A stretch of 64,000 bases of DNA from Eledone cirrhosa (Eukaryota), in contig OZ024741.1 in the NCBI GenBank assembly GCA_964016885.1, positions 305,908,001 through 305,972,000 of the forward strand, in the 5' to 3' direction. Shown here piece by piece: positions 43,829-57,199 of the stretch. Position 1 is the first letter of the stretch; each line of letters starts with the position of its first letter. The position numbers were made by a program, and so were the translations under genes. The notes below the pieces were generated by a model. That model made no database searches. It was not told the origin of the DNA and saw only the letters and a list, made by a program, of their open reading frames with translations.

Positions 43829-45134
43829 GCATATGTATATATGTATATATATATTCCTTGCAAGCAGTGTGTGTGTGTGCATGTATGTATGCATGTAGCT
43901 AATGTATGTCCAATGCATATTTAAATCCAGACCCTCTCATCATATAATGCGCCCGAACTCATTAAACAAGAAAGACTGGAATTCACTTCCCAAAGTACAG
44001 TTTGCTGGTACTGAATATGGCTCCTATGGTTCACTGAATAGCTTTGTGGGTTCGCAAGTAAGTTCTCAATTTAATGTTTGTTGTTGTCACTGTTGGTGTT
44101 GTTGTAGTTCTTGCTGCTCATGTTGTTTAGCCCTGGGACAACCATGATCGAGTAGACATATACTCCTGTCATGTCCATTCCCATTATTACTCTCTCCAAT
44201 ATTGCATGTCTAAAGCTACATTATCCACCATGACTCTCTAGGTGGCAATGTCTAACTTGAGGGAATAGATTCCATATTTCTAATAGGGGGGAGCTACCAC
44301 TGTTTTTGTTTGTCTGTTTTGTTATTCTTTTTTTGTATCATTGAATACTGGATTTGCTGCCAGTTCATCTATACTAACAGCATAAATAATTTCAATGAAA
44401 GGTTACTTGAGATTGAACCTAGAACCCTATAATTAAATTCTTTCCTTTCTCTTTTGACCTTTCAACTCCTGACAGATTTGTAAGGATATGATTGTAACAT
44501 ACAGCATGTCCTGGGCTTTTAAACCTAGCAGAAGTCACTGTCTCTCTCTCCAGGTCTTGAATAGTTCTACATGCTTGCATGTCTGCATCAGTGCTTTGTT
44601 TAACATATAGAAATAAATAATCAATCAGGTCAATAAACTTTGATCAATTTATTGACTTTCAAAGCACTGGAAAATTTGAAATTTGAAAATATGATCACCA
44701 CAATACAGATAGCTAAGATAATAATTTGTAACTATAAATAATAGTTAAAATCAGATAAGGTACATGTGGAGACAGAAAAAGAAAACAGAGATGCTTGCAG
44801 GGAGTTGAACCATGCCTTTCTTGTATGTTTAAGTGTGTTTAACAATTAGATCAAAGGAACATGCTTTCCTGACATACAAGAGAATGTGTGGTTCAACTTC
44901 CCACAGGCATCTCTGTCTACTTTTTCCCTCTGCAAGAGTACTTTACATGATTATCAGCTATCATCTTAATTATCTATATTGTAGTAAGACATGGTCACCT
45001 GACCTGGCATTGCCCACAACAGGAAAACTCGTCTAACCCATGCTAGCATGGAAGAATGGACATAAAACAATGATGATGTGGTGACTATATTTTCAAATTT
45101 AATTGTTTAGTTTACAGATAACTTAATTTGGTTC

Positions 45135-46280
45135 TATTGGCATTTTAAGTCCCAAATGCAAAGTATGGGTGCATAAAAGATGTAGTGGGATCACAGGTAA
45201 GCTAACTAAGAATATAGATTTTATATGTGGCCGGTGCTTAGGTGCAATAAGTAGCAGCAAGTGCCCACAGAATACTAGCTCATTCCATTGCACAGATGGT
45301 TCTATAGAAATAGTGGACACCTTCCATTACCTGGGTGACAAAATCACCAGTGGTGGTGGGTGCTCGGAAAGTACAGTAGCTAGAGTCAGAACGGGATGGA
45401 AAAAGTTCAGAGAGCTTATACCACTATTGGCCGCTAAAGGGTTCTCTCTAAAAATGAAAGGCAGGCTGTATGATGGCTGCATACGAACAGCAATGTTACA
45501 TGGCAGTGAGACCTGGGCATTGTGGGCAGAGGATATACGCAGACTGGAGAGGAACGAAGCTTGCATGCTCCCGCTGGATGTGTAATAGTAATATACGTGA
45601 ACGGCAAAGCATAAATGAACTAAATGAGAAATTAGGAATAAGAGGAATCAGATGTTGTTTACTCGAGAGAAGACTACGTTGGTACAGTCACGTGATGCAC
45701 ATGAAAGACGACAGCTGTATAAAAAAGTGCAGGGCGATAAAAATAGACGGTAGCCACGGAGTAACCAGAGCCAGAAAAACTTGGGACGACTTGATAAATT
45801 CCGACCTCACACACTTACACCTCTCCAAGACAATGTCACTGGACCGAGATCTTTGGCGCTACACAGTAATACAGAAGACCCGCCTTGCCTAAGTACAAAG
45901 CGAAACTTACAGTCAGTAGGCTCCTCTAACAAAAATACATCCCCGTCCTACCATCCCCACCCCATCCACACCACCCCTTTCAATGTAAAGTTATGTTGGT
46001 ACCACAATATCCAGTCCAAAATAAATGAGGTCGTGTAGGTGTCACAACAAAAAAAAACACACAGTCCACGCTGTAATGTGGCCGTGTAGGCAACAGGGTA
46101 AAAACCTCCCAGCCCCACACTGTAAACGTGGTTGGAGTTAGGAAGGGCATCCAGCCGTAGAAAACCCGCCAGACAGTCCTATGCGAGCAAGACAACCAAT
46201 CTTGCCTCAAGTGGGAAAACTCCCGTCCAAACCCATGCAAGCGTGGAACATGGACGTTAAACGATGATGATGATGATGAT
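45135..46280 (+). mobile_element. 5'-truncated PHD-RTE LINE (subfamily 2)
   Basis: VHKRCSGITGKL...FHYLGDKI...GWKKFREL...; same 3' UTR as 25407-26420. Confidence 0.92.
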
Positions 46281-47599
46281 GGCATATCAATTTTTTTCAA
46301 GGAGAAGAGGTTACCTGACACTTGCTCAACCCATCTCCATATCTGGAGAAAGGAACCCTATATGTGGTCCGATATGACGCTTCTCACAGCTCAACGTAGC
46401 CACAATTCCTAGAGTTAGAGTGAGAGAGAAGCATTGATCTAAGTACATGACTGATATTTTATTTTATTGACACTGAAAAGATGAAAGGCAAAGTTGACCT
46501 TGGTGAGATTTGAACCCAGACTGCAGAGAGCTGGGGACAAAATATGTTAATTTACCACCTTCATAAGTTGACTAGAAATAATTTTGCAAAAATAAAAAGG
46601 TAACAAAAAAACAGTGTTAGTATTTTACAAGGGAGACATCTCAGGACAAGTTTCGGTCATAATATTAGCTCTGTGGGATTTGAATTCAGATCTTTAGGAT
46701 CTGAGTTCAAATCTCAATGAGGTCTATTTCATCCTTCAATGGGTCGATAAAATAAAGCACCAATCAAGTACTGGGGTTGATTTAATCGAGATATCTCTTC
46801 CTTTAAATTGCTGCCCTTACACTTAAATTTGATATCATTTTATGAGTTCAGTGACAAGCAGAACCTTCACTGTACTTGCACATGTAGTGATGAGAGAATC
46901 GCCAGGAAAATATACAAGATTTTACAATGAATGGCATAATAAAATAATCTCATTTAGAGAATATATCATTCAGAAATTTATAATCTACTACTAGTAGTAG
47001 AGTATTACTAGTTTATGGTAGTATGGTATGTGGTTTTCCTTTTCCCAGCTTTTCATACTTGTATTTTTTATGTCCCTAACTTATAAATACGGTATCTGTT
47101 TTAGACCAAAATATTAAAAATATAAATTAGATCAAGGAACCCAAACATACTCAGGTATTTCACTAATAAGCTCTATGATATATTTTGCCAAACTCTTGAT
47201 ATAGCTTTCAAAAATTATTCCCTACACTCTTAGATTTATTCTTTTCTATTTTTACCTTTTACTGGTCTTAAACAGTTGATTGTGGTTATGTTCTTCAGTG
47301 ATTGTTGATACAATATGGCCAAATGTTAAAAAAGTTTCCTTCTCAATCATTAAGCCCTAAGTCTGATCCCACTGCATGGCACCTTGGGAATGTGTCATTG
47401 TCTATTACCTTAGGTTGACCCAAGGCTTGTGAGCGAAATTGAGTTTCCATTCCATTCCATTCCATTCCATTCCATTTCATTCATTAACCCTTTCATTACC
47501 ATATTTCTAATGAATGACATTGCCTATGATTTTCAAATTTCTTTTTAAATAATCAAGGATTTGGAGGGATTTAGTTATATAACTAACTTTTTGATTACT

Positions 47600-48128
47600 A
47601 AGCTGAAAGAGTGTGGAGCATTGGCAGAATCATGAGAGCATTGGACAAAATACTTTGCAGCATTAAGTTACAGCCTTTTACATTCTGAGTTCAAATCCCA
47701 CAGAAGACAACTTTGCCTTTCATCCTCCCTCCTTCCAAGGTTGATAAAATATAGTACCAGTTATGTACTGGGGATCGATTTAATCGACTTTCACCTCCCT
47801 TCAAAATTGCTGACCTATGTTAGAAATCATCCTTCCGAGGTTGATAACATAAAGCACCAGTAATGCACTGGGGTCCATTTAATCGACTTACCCTTTCCGC
47901 CAAAATTATTGGTCCTGAGCCTAAATCAGATACCATTATTAAACTAGATGGTGGATTGGCAGAATTGGTAGAGTGTCAGATGCCATGCTTTGCAGCAGAG
48001 TTATGGTCTGAGTTCAAATCCCGCTGAGGTTAACTTTGCCTTTCATCCTTACGGGTCGATAAAATAAAGTACCAGTAATGCACTGGGATAATTGCTGGCC
48101 TTGTGCCAAAAGTAGAAGCAATTATTAA
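47600..48128 (+). mobile_element. Head-to-tail tRNA-derived SINEs with Meta/Sauria-like central domain
   Basis: tggcagaat A-box-like, gagttcaaatccc B box, ctttgcctttcatcctt...gtcgataaaataaagtaccag central block. Confidence 0.8.
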
Positions 48129-48763
48129 ACTAGAAGATAATGTAACAAAACTTCTTTCATAAAATTATGATGGCAGGCATTTAGGCCGTTTGTTATCAAA
48201 AGGATTAATATGTAGTATTACCACTGAGTTTCCTTGTAACATGATGGAATGAAAAGAAACCAAAAACTCTTGAGTTATTTTAGATAAACTAGATTTTTTT
48301 CAACACGCTGACACATATGTCTATGAGTGCATGTGTGTACGTGCATATGCATACATTTATATGTATGAGTTTATAAATATAAATGTGCAAACACAGACAC
48401 ACTTATAAAAATACTCACTCACAAACATACATTCACACAACTACACATGTATCCACACAAACACATACATACATTCACACAAACACACACATACATTCAC
48501 ACAAACATGCACACACATACACATACACTCACACACAACATAGCAAATGAAATGCCAGCTACTGTTTTGCTATAGTTTTTTCACCATCTTCCTTCCTTTT
48601 ACACACATACATTCACACAAACGTACACACACACACACACACACACACACAGTGTGTGATGGACAGACAGACGGAAGTCATTCAAATTTATATATAGAAT
48701 TCCATTTTGTGAATTTTGTTCATTGCTTGTTTTTTCTATTTTTTTTTTTCTTGTCTGTTTTAG

Positions 48764-48908
48764 GATCCAGACATTGTTAGTGTGGACTTGATAGGCCAGG
48801 ACTTTACTGGTCTTGGCTTCAATATATCTGGTAATATGAAGGATGGGATATATATTGATGAGATACGTAATAGGGGACCAGCAAGGGAGTCTGAAAAACT
48901 AAAAGCCG
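48764..48908 (+). CDS. Internal exon encoding the N-terminal part of a PDZ domain (periaxin/AHNAK-like)
   Basis: Long pyrimidine tract + TAG acceptor, GTAAAT donor; DPDIVSVDLIGQDFTGLGFNISGNMKDGIYIDEIRNRGPARESEKLKA(G), 145 bp, phase 0-1. Confidence 0.92.
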
Positions 48909-48939
48909 GTAAATACTAATTTTTAATTATTGTTTTAGA

Positions 48940-49001
<62 letters not shown>

Positions 49002-49039
49002 ATAATAATAATAATAATAATAATAATGATAATAATAAT

Positions 49040-49950
49040 CGTTTCTACTTTAGGCACAAGACCAGCAATTACCCAGTGCATTACTGGTACTTTATTTTAT
49101 CGACCCTGTAAGGATGAAAGGCAAAGTCAACCTCGGCGGGATTTGAACTCAGATCGTAAAGGGACGTAACTATGCTAGAAAGCATGGCGTCCGACCCTCT
49201 ACTGATACTGCCAATCCACCAATGGTTTCTTTATTGGCCACAAGGGTTAACACGAAGAAAATCATTAGAGACGGCACAGAACAGTACAGGACGATACAAA
49301 GTGGGTTTTGTTCGTATAAACAAGTTATAACAAAATCGGGCTAGAAATAAAAAAATTCAAACAACAAAAAATTCCCCAAAAAGGAGGAAACCTCCGAGGG
49401 TCACTCGTGGCGAAAACCACACAAAAAAAGACCACGGCCATCCTGACCATCTGGGCAAGCGCCCTCTCTCCGTTTTCCCACTCCTCAGTCTACAGGCGCA
49501 TACTCAGAGCGGGCCCATTCACTCGGACCAGACTCGCCACTTTCACCCACCTTTCAACAAACTTACTAGAAGACAGCACTTGCTTCTCCACCCTGATTTT
49601 CCTCTTCAAGTGAAACTTGAAAAAGTTAATCAGGGATTGGCCGAAAAGGATTGTCCATCTTCAACCTTGTCCACCATACAATCTCTTTCGCCATATAATA
49701 ATAATTGTTTCTACTTTTGGCACAAGGCCAGCAATCATCCCAGTGCATCACTGGTACTTTATTTCATCGACCCCGCAAGGATGAAAGGCAAAGTTAACCT
49801 CAGCGGGATTTGAACTCAGACGTAAAGGCCCGCAACTCCATGCTGCGTCCAACCTTCTACCGATACTGCCAATCCACTGCCCTATAATAATAATTGTTTC
49901 TACTTTAGGCACAAGGCCAGCAATTACCCAGTGCATTACTGGTACTTTAT
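49040..49950 (-). mobile_element. Minus-strand SINE array interrupted by a Tx1/L1-like 3' fragment (~49222-49692)
   Basis: SINE copies at ~49040-49220 and ~49700-49880; the insert ends ccttgtggccaataaagaaa and is homologous to ~51020-51460. Confidence 0.75.
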
Positions 49951-49954
49951 CAAG

Positions 49955-51460
49955 AACTAGGATATGAGATATCCATGTCAGCATATGCCGTTGACGTCAC
50001 CATAGTGGTGTTGACACATTGAGATGATCTGCCCCACTCTCAGGAAGTTTGAAGTGGTAACAGGAGCAAAAATCAACCAGGAAAAGTCAGTAGATCTGCA
50101 GCTCAGCACCTTGAGTGGCATGTCCAAGCTATCCTACAGCATCGTTGAGCACTGGATGGACAGACTGGTTAAATTACTTGGGGTCTGGTTTGGACTGGAC
50201 CTCCAGATGGACAAAAACTTGGACAAGGTAATGTGCAAGGTGGCTTCTCTCACCAAGAAATGAGTGAAGAGGAAGCTATCCTTCAAAGGCTGGGCAGAGG
50301 TGGTGAACACATACATCTCATCTGTCATCTACTACTACCTGACTGTCATGCCTTGTCCTAGCCCACGTCTGACTCCACTGGAGCATCTACTCTTTCGCTT
50401 TTTGTGGAGGATCCAGGTTCCATTGGTCAGGCAGTCCATCTTCTGTCAACACCTGCTACGTGGAGGATTGGGTATACCATGGCTGATGATGCATAGACAT
50501 GCACTGAGGCTATGACATCTCCAACTTTTCCTTGATGGTCAAACTGGTGTTATCCGCATTCACTAGACAAGTTTTTCCCCAGCTCGTCTCCTTGACAGAG
50601 CTGCAAACTTGGGTCAAATGAAGACTGAGAGGGAGCATTTGGAGACTCAAATGTCTTCAAACACTCACAACCCTCAACCAATAGGGCAGTACAATCAGTG
50701 GAAACTCCAGCTTAGCATTCTATAAAGGGCTAGTGGAGGATAAGAGCAATGATGTCCTTGATGAGACCCTGGGCATTGCTACCAGGGACCGTTGATAGTT
50801 CGAGATAAACTCTACAGGCATGGAAGGGCTGTCAGACAGGCCTGTCTGAGTTGCATGCAGGTTAGTGAAACCATTCTGCATGCACTTGTCGAGTGTCTGA
50901 GTATTGCTGACTTGTTGGTTTATGTCGAGCTCCTGCTCTCATGTGTAGGACAGATCCAATTATCAACTGAAGATCGCCTCGCTATCCTCCTTTAGAGAAG
51001 GACAAGCAGTTTTTATCGGCCTGGTGGCCATGGTGAAAGAGGTTGTGTGGTGGACACATTTGAAATGGTTGAGGATAGCCATTTTTCTCTTTAGCGAAGC
51101 CCTGATTAAGTTTTTCAGGTTTACTTGAAGAGGAAAATCAGGGTGGAAAGGGAAGTGCTGCCTTCCAACCAGTTTGTTGAAAGGAGGGTGAGAGTAGCGA
51201 GCATGGACCGTGTGAAGGGGCCTGCCTGGAGCATACACCTATAGATTGGCATAGAAAAACTGGGAGAGGGCATTTTGCCCTAACTGACAGGGTGACCATG
51301 GCTCTTGTGGGATTTCTACACGCATGACCCTTAGAGTCTCCTGACCTTTGGAGAAGTTGTTATGTTTGTTTTAAATGTTTATTTTCTTAGTCTCTGTTAT
51401 AAATTTTATTTTACACAAAAAAACCCACACTGTATCATCCTATACCGTCTTTAATGTTTC
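49955..51460 (+). pseudogene. Degenerate Tx1/L1-clade LINE, RT C-terminus to 3' UTR
   Basis: GAKINQEKS, LLGVWFG, RKLSFKG.AEVVN, LFRFLW, GGLGIP, CLSC...ETILHALVEC. Confidence 0.8.
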
Positions 51461-51699
51461 CATAATGTGAGCTGGCAGTATCGGAAGAGCGTCAGACACC
51501 ATGCTTTGCAGCATAGGAGTCATGGCCCTTTACATTCTGAGTTCAAATCCCACCAGGTAAACTTTGCCTTTCATCCTTACAGGATTAAATAAAAGAAAGC
51601 ACCAGTAATGCACTAGGGTAATTGCTGGCCTTGTGCCAAAAGTAGAAACATTATTATTATTATTTGAAAACTTCCTTTGAATTCCACTTCTTTCCTATA

Positions 51700-52140
51700 T
51701 CTTGCCAAGTGTCAACCTGACACCTCAGCTAAAATTTGGTAATACATACATTTTGCAATCAATTGTCATTCAAATGATGCCATAAAGGCATAAACAACAG
51801 TAAATGCCTTTGCAATGTATTTAAGTTGATAATGCCCTTCTCATGAAATGGACAATGACAGTAAGCACTATTTTCTGTATATCTTGCAAAGATGGTTTTC
51901 CAGGTATCTGATCCAAATATTTTTCAGTTCCCCTTTTTATCATTCCAAGAGCACCAGCTATCACTACTGGTATTGTACAGGCTTTCAGATGCCTGTTTGG
52001 AATTGCACATGTTTGCATATCCCCTATGCAAACATGTGCATGTTAACAACAAGTGCCTATCTCATTGTTTGCACCTTGGTCAAAATCTTAAACATTGTGT
52101 TTTACCAGAAATTGGCCAGAAATTATGAATAACATCCCCC
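51700..52140 (-). pseudogene. C-terminal remnant of an R4/Dong-like restriction-endonuclease non-LTR element
   Basis: IPVVIAGALGMIKRGTEKYLDQIPGKPSLQDIQKIVL...HFMRRAL*. Confidence 0.65.
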
Positions 52141-52159
52141 TTGTTCTCATCTTTCCTCA

Positions 52160-53245
52160 TCAACTTTACTATGCCCCCAACTTACAAAGCTGTGAATTCT
52201 CCCATTCTGCTGCCAGCTGTTGTAAACAGTTTTGAGGACATTGGAGAACAAGTCTGACATGTCTGTGTAAAACTCGTAAAGTAGACCATCCAAACCAGGC
52301 GATTTGCACCTCATACAGCTGCTTAGGGTTTCTCATATGTCAGCTGGTGTATTGGCTTTTTGCAGCACACTGTACCTTCTGTGTCCTCACATGCCTCAAA
52401 CAGTTGTGCAAAGTGCCATTGGAAAACCACACACATCTGCTTAGAATCGAACAGCATGCACCGATTTCAGTTTTTCAAAGACCAAATTGAGGTTTTATTG
52501 CCATGCTGTGCCTCTGCCACTCAGGCTCATTGAACAGCTTTCATTCCATCATGCTTTAAATCACATACCTTAGTTCTGACTATGCAATCATTGTGTGTTT
52601 CACATTGGCGAAATGGTCATGCCATTTTTGAAGCTAGCACAATGCCACTCCTAATTGCCTTTTCTAGTCCACTAACTCCCCCTCTGCTCTATTTTTTCTA
52701 TTGCTACTTCTTTATTAAAAGCTACTGATTCTACTCTAATTACTGTCTTGAAAGCACCACACCACATGTTGTTGACATTTGCCCCTGTCAACAGTCACTT
52801 AATTAATGAGCTAATCCAGTGTCTGTAGTCTTTACGTGCCAGGAACAATGTATTAAGCTTCCAGTAGCCGGATCCTTGTCTATGTATCTATCTAAGTCAA
52901 CCATGCAGATCACAAATTTGTGGTCTGAATAGGTGACTGTTTCTAGTTGTGAACATCCTATGCTATCCCTATCTGCTAACCTAATCAAAAACCTATCTAC
53001 ATATGGTCTAGATTACCATCTACGATTGTTCCACACCCACACTGACATATTCAGGAAATCTAGTTGGTATCTTTCAAACAATTGGGATTGTTTGATTAGG
53101 TTCTTGAGGCTTTTTTACTCCCCCCCCCCCCCTCCACTACAATTGGCTAACCCCTCACAGTCCCAATGTGCATTGAAGATGTAGTTCCAGCTTGCTAACA
53201 GTAAAAGGTGAGATGTTCGAAGAAACGCTTCCAGATGCCTGATGT
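52160..53245 (-). pseudogene. Degenerate Tx1/L1-clade LINE, endonuclease to RT start
   Basis: YSDHKFV, GSGYWKLNT and KSPGLDGLLYEFY read on the reverse strand. Confidence 0.75.
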
Positions 53246-53993
53246 AATAATAATAATAATAATAATAATTTGGGGGGAGAGGAAAGTCAATTAAATCGAC
53301 CCCAGTACGTTACTGCTGCTTTATTTTATCGACCCCATAAGGATGAAAGGCAAAGTTAACCTCGGCAGGATTTGAACTCAGACCGTAAAGGACCGTAATT
53401 CTATGCTGCAAAGCATGGTGTCCAACACTCTACTGATACTGCTAATCCATCGGCCCAATAATAATAATAATAATAATGCCTACTTGGCTTTGTCAGAATA
53501 ATTAGAAAAGTGATGGATACCAAAAAGCAAATCTTACCATCAGGCTTCATCTCAGAGCTTAAGATAAGAAGAAGAATACCGGTAGTTAACATCAATACTA
53601 TGCAATGATGAAGATAGCATTTAATAATAATAATAATAATATTATCAACACACGGAAGGCTACATCAGAATGATACTGTATGTGACAAGGTTGACCCTGT
53701 GAACGATGGGTACTTCATTCAATAGGCATCAGTATGGCTTATGTATATATAAATTCACAAAGAAATGCTTTAGTTGACTCAAGAATAGAAGACACTTGCT
53801 TAAGGTGCTCTTCAGTAGGACAGACCATGAGATATTATCTTTTTGAAGCAAACCTTTAAACCATTCATCTATGTTTGTACCTTAAGTATGCATGTATACA
53901 TAGTTATATTATATTTATCTCTAAGCACCAATATCTAATTGATAACTAATTTCAACTGTAATTTATATCTAATTATATTTTCATTTATTTCAG

Positions 53994-56845
53994 GTGATTT
54001 AATCAAGGATGTTTCAATTTCTTTCAAAAATATGGTTTTTAAAGATGCCCTTTCCATTTTATCATATGCTTCACCTTACCCAGTTAAAGTGACTGTCCAG
54101 AAGCAGAGACAATCATTGAGACAATCATTGACTTCGAAAGGTCAGGTTTTCCACCCTATTTTCCGTTCCCATTCAGTCGATGACCTCAATATAATTCATA
54201 AGGAACCAACACCAAAAATAAGCTACAATGATTTGAAAGGTCGAGAGAAAAGTCCAGACAAACTCCAAAAATCATTAACTAGCACTGTGTTTGCACCTGA
54301 AGATGTTAAGTCACCAAATGCAGATATATTGGAAGTTATAATTCATTCAGAAACACAGTGCCCTGACAATAATGAGAAGAAAATTGTGCCAAAAGAAAAA
54401 CATATAGAAAATTCACAAAACTCAAATCTTTCTCTGATGTCACCATTGGATAGAGGAATTAAGGGTGACAAAGAAGATATGTCAAATATTGATGAGAAAA
54501 TGGACTTACAGTTTTCCAAATATGATAAAGAATTTTTCAACTTGAAACATGAAGCAGAAGAAAAAACATCTCAGCTGGAATTGGACAATGTCCATGATAA
54601 TGAAAGAAAACGCTCTTTAAATTCTGAAAATGAATTTGCAGAACTGGAAAGAAGTATACGTTACTCAGCTCATTTTTCTGAATTATATGATAAAATAAGT
54701 GATAAGAGTAATATACCACGTTTCAATTCTGAGAAACAGGCCAATGATGTGCCAGCTGTAGAAGACACAATCTCTGTTACTACTACTCAGAATGTTATGT
54801 CTCAGAATCCAAACATCAGTGCTCAGATACCAAACAAAAGTGTAGCAAATGGAATTCCAGCTGATAAACTACCAGTAGGTAATTCTTCTATCAATATTGA
54901 CCCTTTTAGTTTTAACTCAGAGGATGTTTTTGAGGATGATCCTTCTCTTGAAATGCTGGATGCAAAAATTAAACCCACCAAAAAAGATTTTTCTTTAGAT
55001 TTTAGTACTAAAAGTGCTCCTTCATTTGATGGCAATTTTACTGATTTAAATGAAATAGATATGCCTTTATCCAAATCTTCTACAGACTCCTTATTGACAA
55101 CACCAATAAAATTTGTTAGAAAACAAGATAATCTAGAAAATAGCTTTAGTAAATACCTCGCAGACAACAATATGATTGAAAGTGATATGAAAATACCAAA
55201 CCATGACGAAAAACCAACCTTAAAGTTAAATTCACCAGATATTCCCATCAGAGTGGACCTCACAAAAGATCATGACATGACAGATCTAACAACTGGAGAT
55301 CTTCAAAATAACATTGACCTCCAGTTAATTCCAGATGAATTTGAAATTGATGAAAATGACTCTAAAGTAACAAAGGCTAAAGGTTTATTATCAACTGATA
55401 ACGATTTTAAGAACAAAATTTGGGACCGAAGTTATGAGTTAGAAAACAATGTCGATACTAGTTTTGGTTTGCCAATGATTAGTAACAATGACTTCAATGT
55501 CGAGTCGGTTATAAAAGAACCCACTGTCTCGAGTTCTAGCTTTAAAGTGGAAGACAACTCAGAAGATTCTATACATAATATAAAGTTTTTACGGACTAGC
55601 GGTAATAACAATGATAAAAGCAATCATAATGTTGATGTTAACAATGCAGATGGAGGATTAGAACTGAGTACTAACACAGATTATATGGCACATGCTGCAA
55701 TGACTAAAAGTAGCTTTTTAAATCTGGATGACAGTTGCTCTCTACTGAGTGAAACTGATGATTCCTATTCTCCTAAATTAGTGCCTAAAAGGTTTCAACT
55801 TTCTGAAGAATCACCATATCACTCAGACAATGATTCTATTGATTTCAATTCACCATCGAAAATTCTGAACTATGACATGGAAATCAAAGCTGATACAAAA
55901 ATTACTGTGAATGAAGCCACCGATTCAAATATAAGCAATTTTATTGAAGGGGATCTAAAGTCCAATGGCAAACCTTATATTTTAGATATTTCAACAGAAC
56001 CAAGCAACATAGACTACAATTCACCTGATAGTTCACAGGAGGAAGAAGAGAAACCGCAGGGAGGCTTTTTTAGTAAAACACTGAAAAAAGTTCGGAGTAT
56101 TTGGGATTCAGGATCTCCCCCCCAAGAATCCAGTTCCAAAAGGAAAATTTCAGACGTAAGTGATGACACATCACATGAGACCAATCTAAATTTGTCTGAT
56201 CACAAAATTTCTCATGATATACAAGTGTCTACTGATAGTGATGAAGAACACAACAAGAAAGATGAAGCGTTTTTTGAAATGACAGAAGATGAACAATCAA
56301 CTGATACACAAAGCTTATCTCCAAAGAGTACGCTAACAAACCCAATTTCTTTCAAAATGGCTTCTAACAATGATACATTACTGAAAACTTCTCCAGATGT
56401 ACCCAATAATGAAAAAGCACAACTTCATTTAGATGGCACTGAGTTAATAAACGCTGAAGACCACCAAGAAGATGCTTCTTCACCTGAAATTGTTGAGAGT
56501 AGCCAATTTATTAATGACTGGCCAGAAATCAATGAAGATAAGTTGAAAACCTCTGCTGATAAACACTTGAAGTTAAATGGAGAAAACTTGTCTCGGCCTT
56601 CATTTTCAGATTCAAATTTCTCATTGTCATCAGATGAAACTAAAACTATTTCAGACAAATCTGAAATTCATGATGTTACTCCAGCAAAGATTACTCCACC
56701 ATCGGTTACTCCATCGGTTACTCCATCGATTACTCCACCATCGATTACTCCACCATCGATTACCATTTCATATAACTCTTCTAATCACGACAGTCACACA
56801 GACTCTGGTTGGGATCATGACTCATCATCGTTTGATCCATTTTAA
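53994..56845 (+). CDS. Large terminal exon of the PDZ protein: PDZ C-terminal half plus ~900-aa acidic Ser/Asp-rich low-complexity tail
   Basis: tttcag acceptor, phase 1; (G)DLIKDVSISFKNMVFKDALSILSYASPYPVKVTVQK resembles the periaxin/AHNAK PDZ end; open to TAA at 56845; AATAAA downstream. Confidence 0.93.
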
Positions 56846-57199
56846 TAATAACCAGCATGTCAGATGTTGACATTGACCATTCCAACCCTCCCTAAACATA
56901 AAACAAAAAAAAATAAAACAACAACACACTGGACTTTGTTACCTACCTCACACTAACTGAAACCTTCATAAATCCCCATTCTCAGCTTGGATTAAATAAA
57001 GGATTTCTTTTTCTTCTTCTTTTTCATCATCTATTAACAATGACTATTATTATGGTTGCTTAAGAAAGAAAGTCGTTGGAATGGCAGGAAGATGATTGCG
57101 TTATATATAATATATATATATATATATAAGTTGCACCTCTCTTTTCTTTACATTCTGTGCCCTTATTCCTTTGCCATCAACATTTACCCTTCAGTATAT

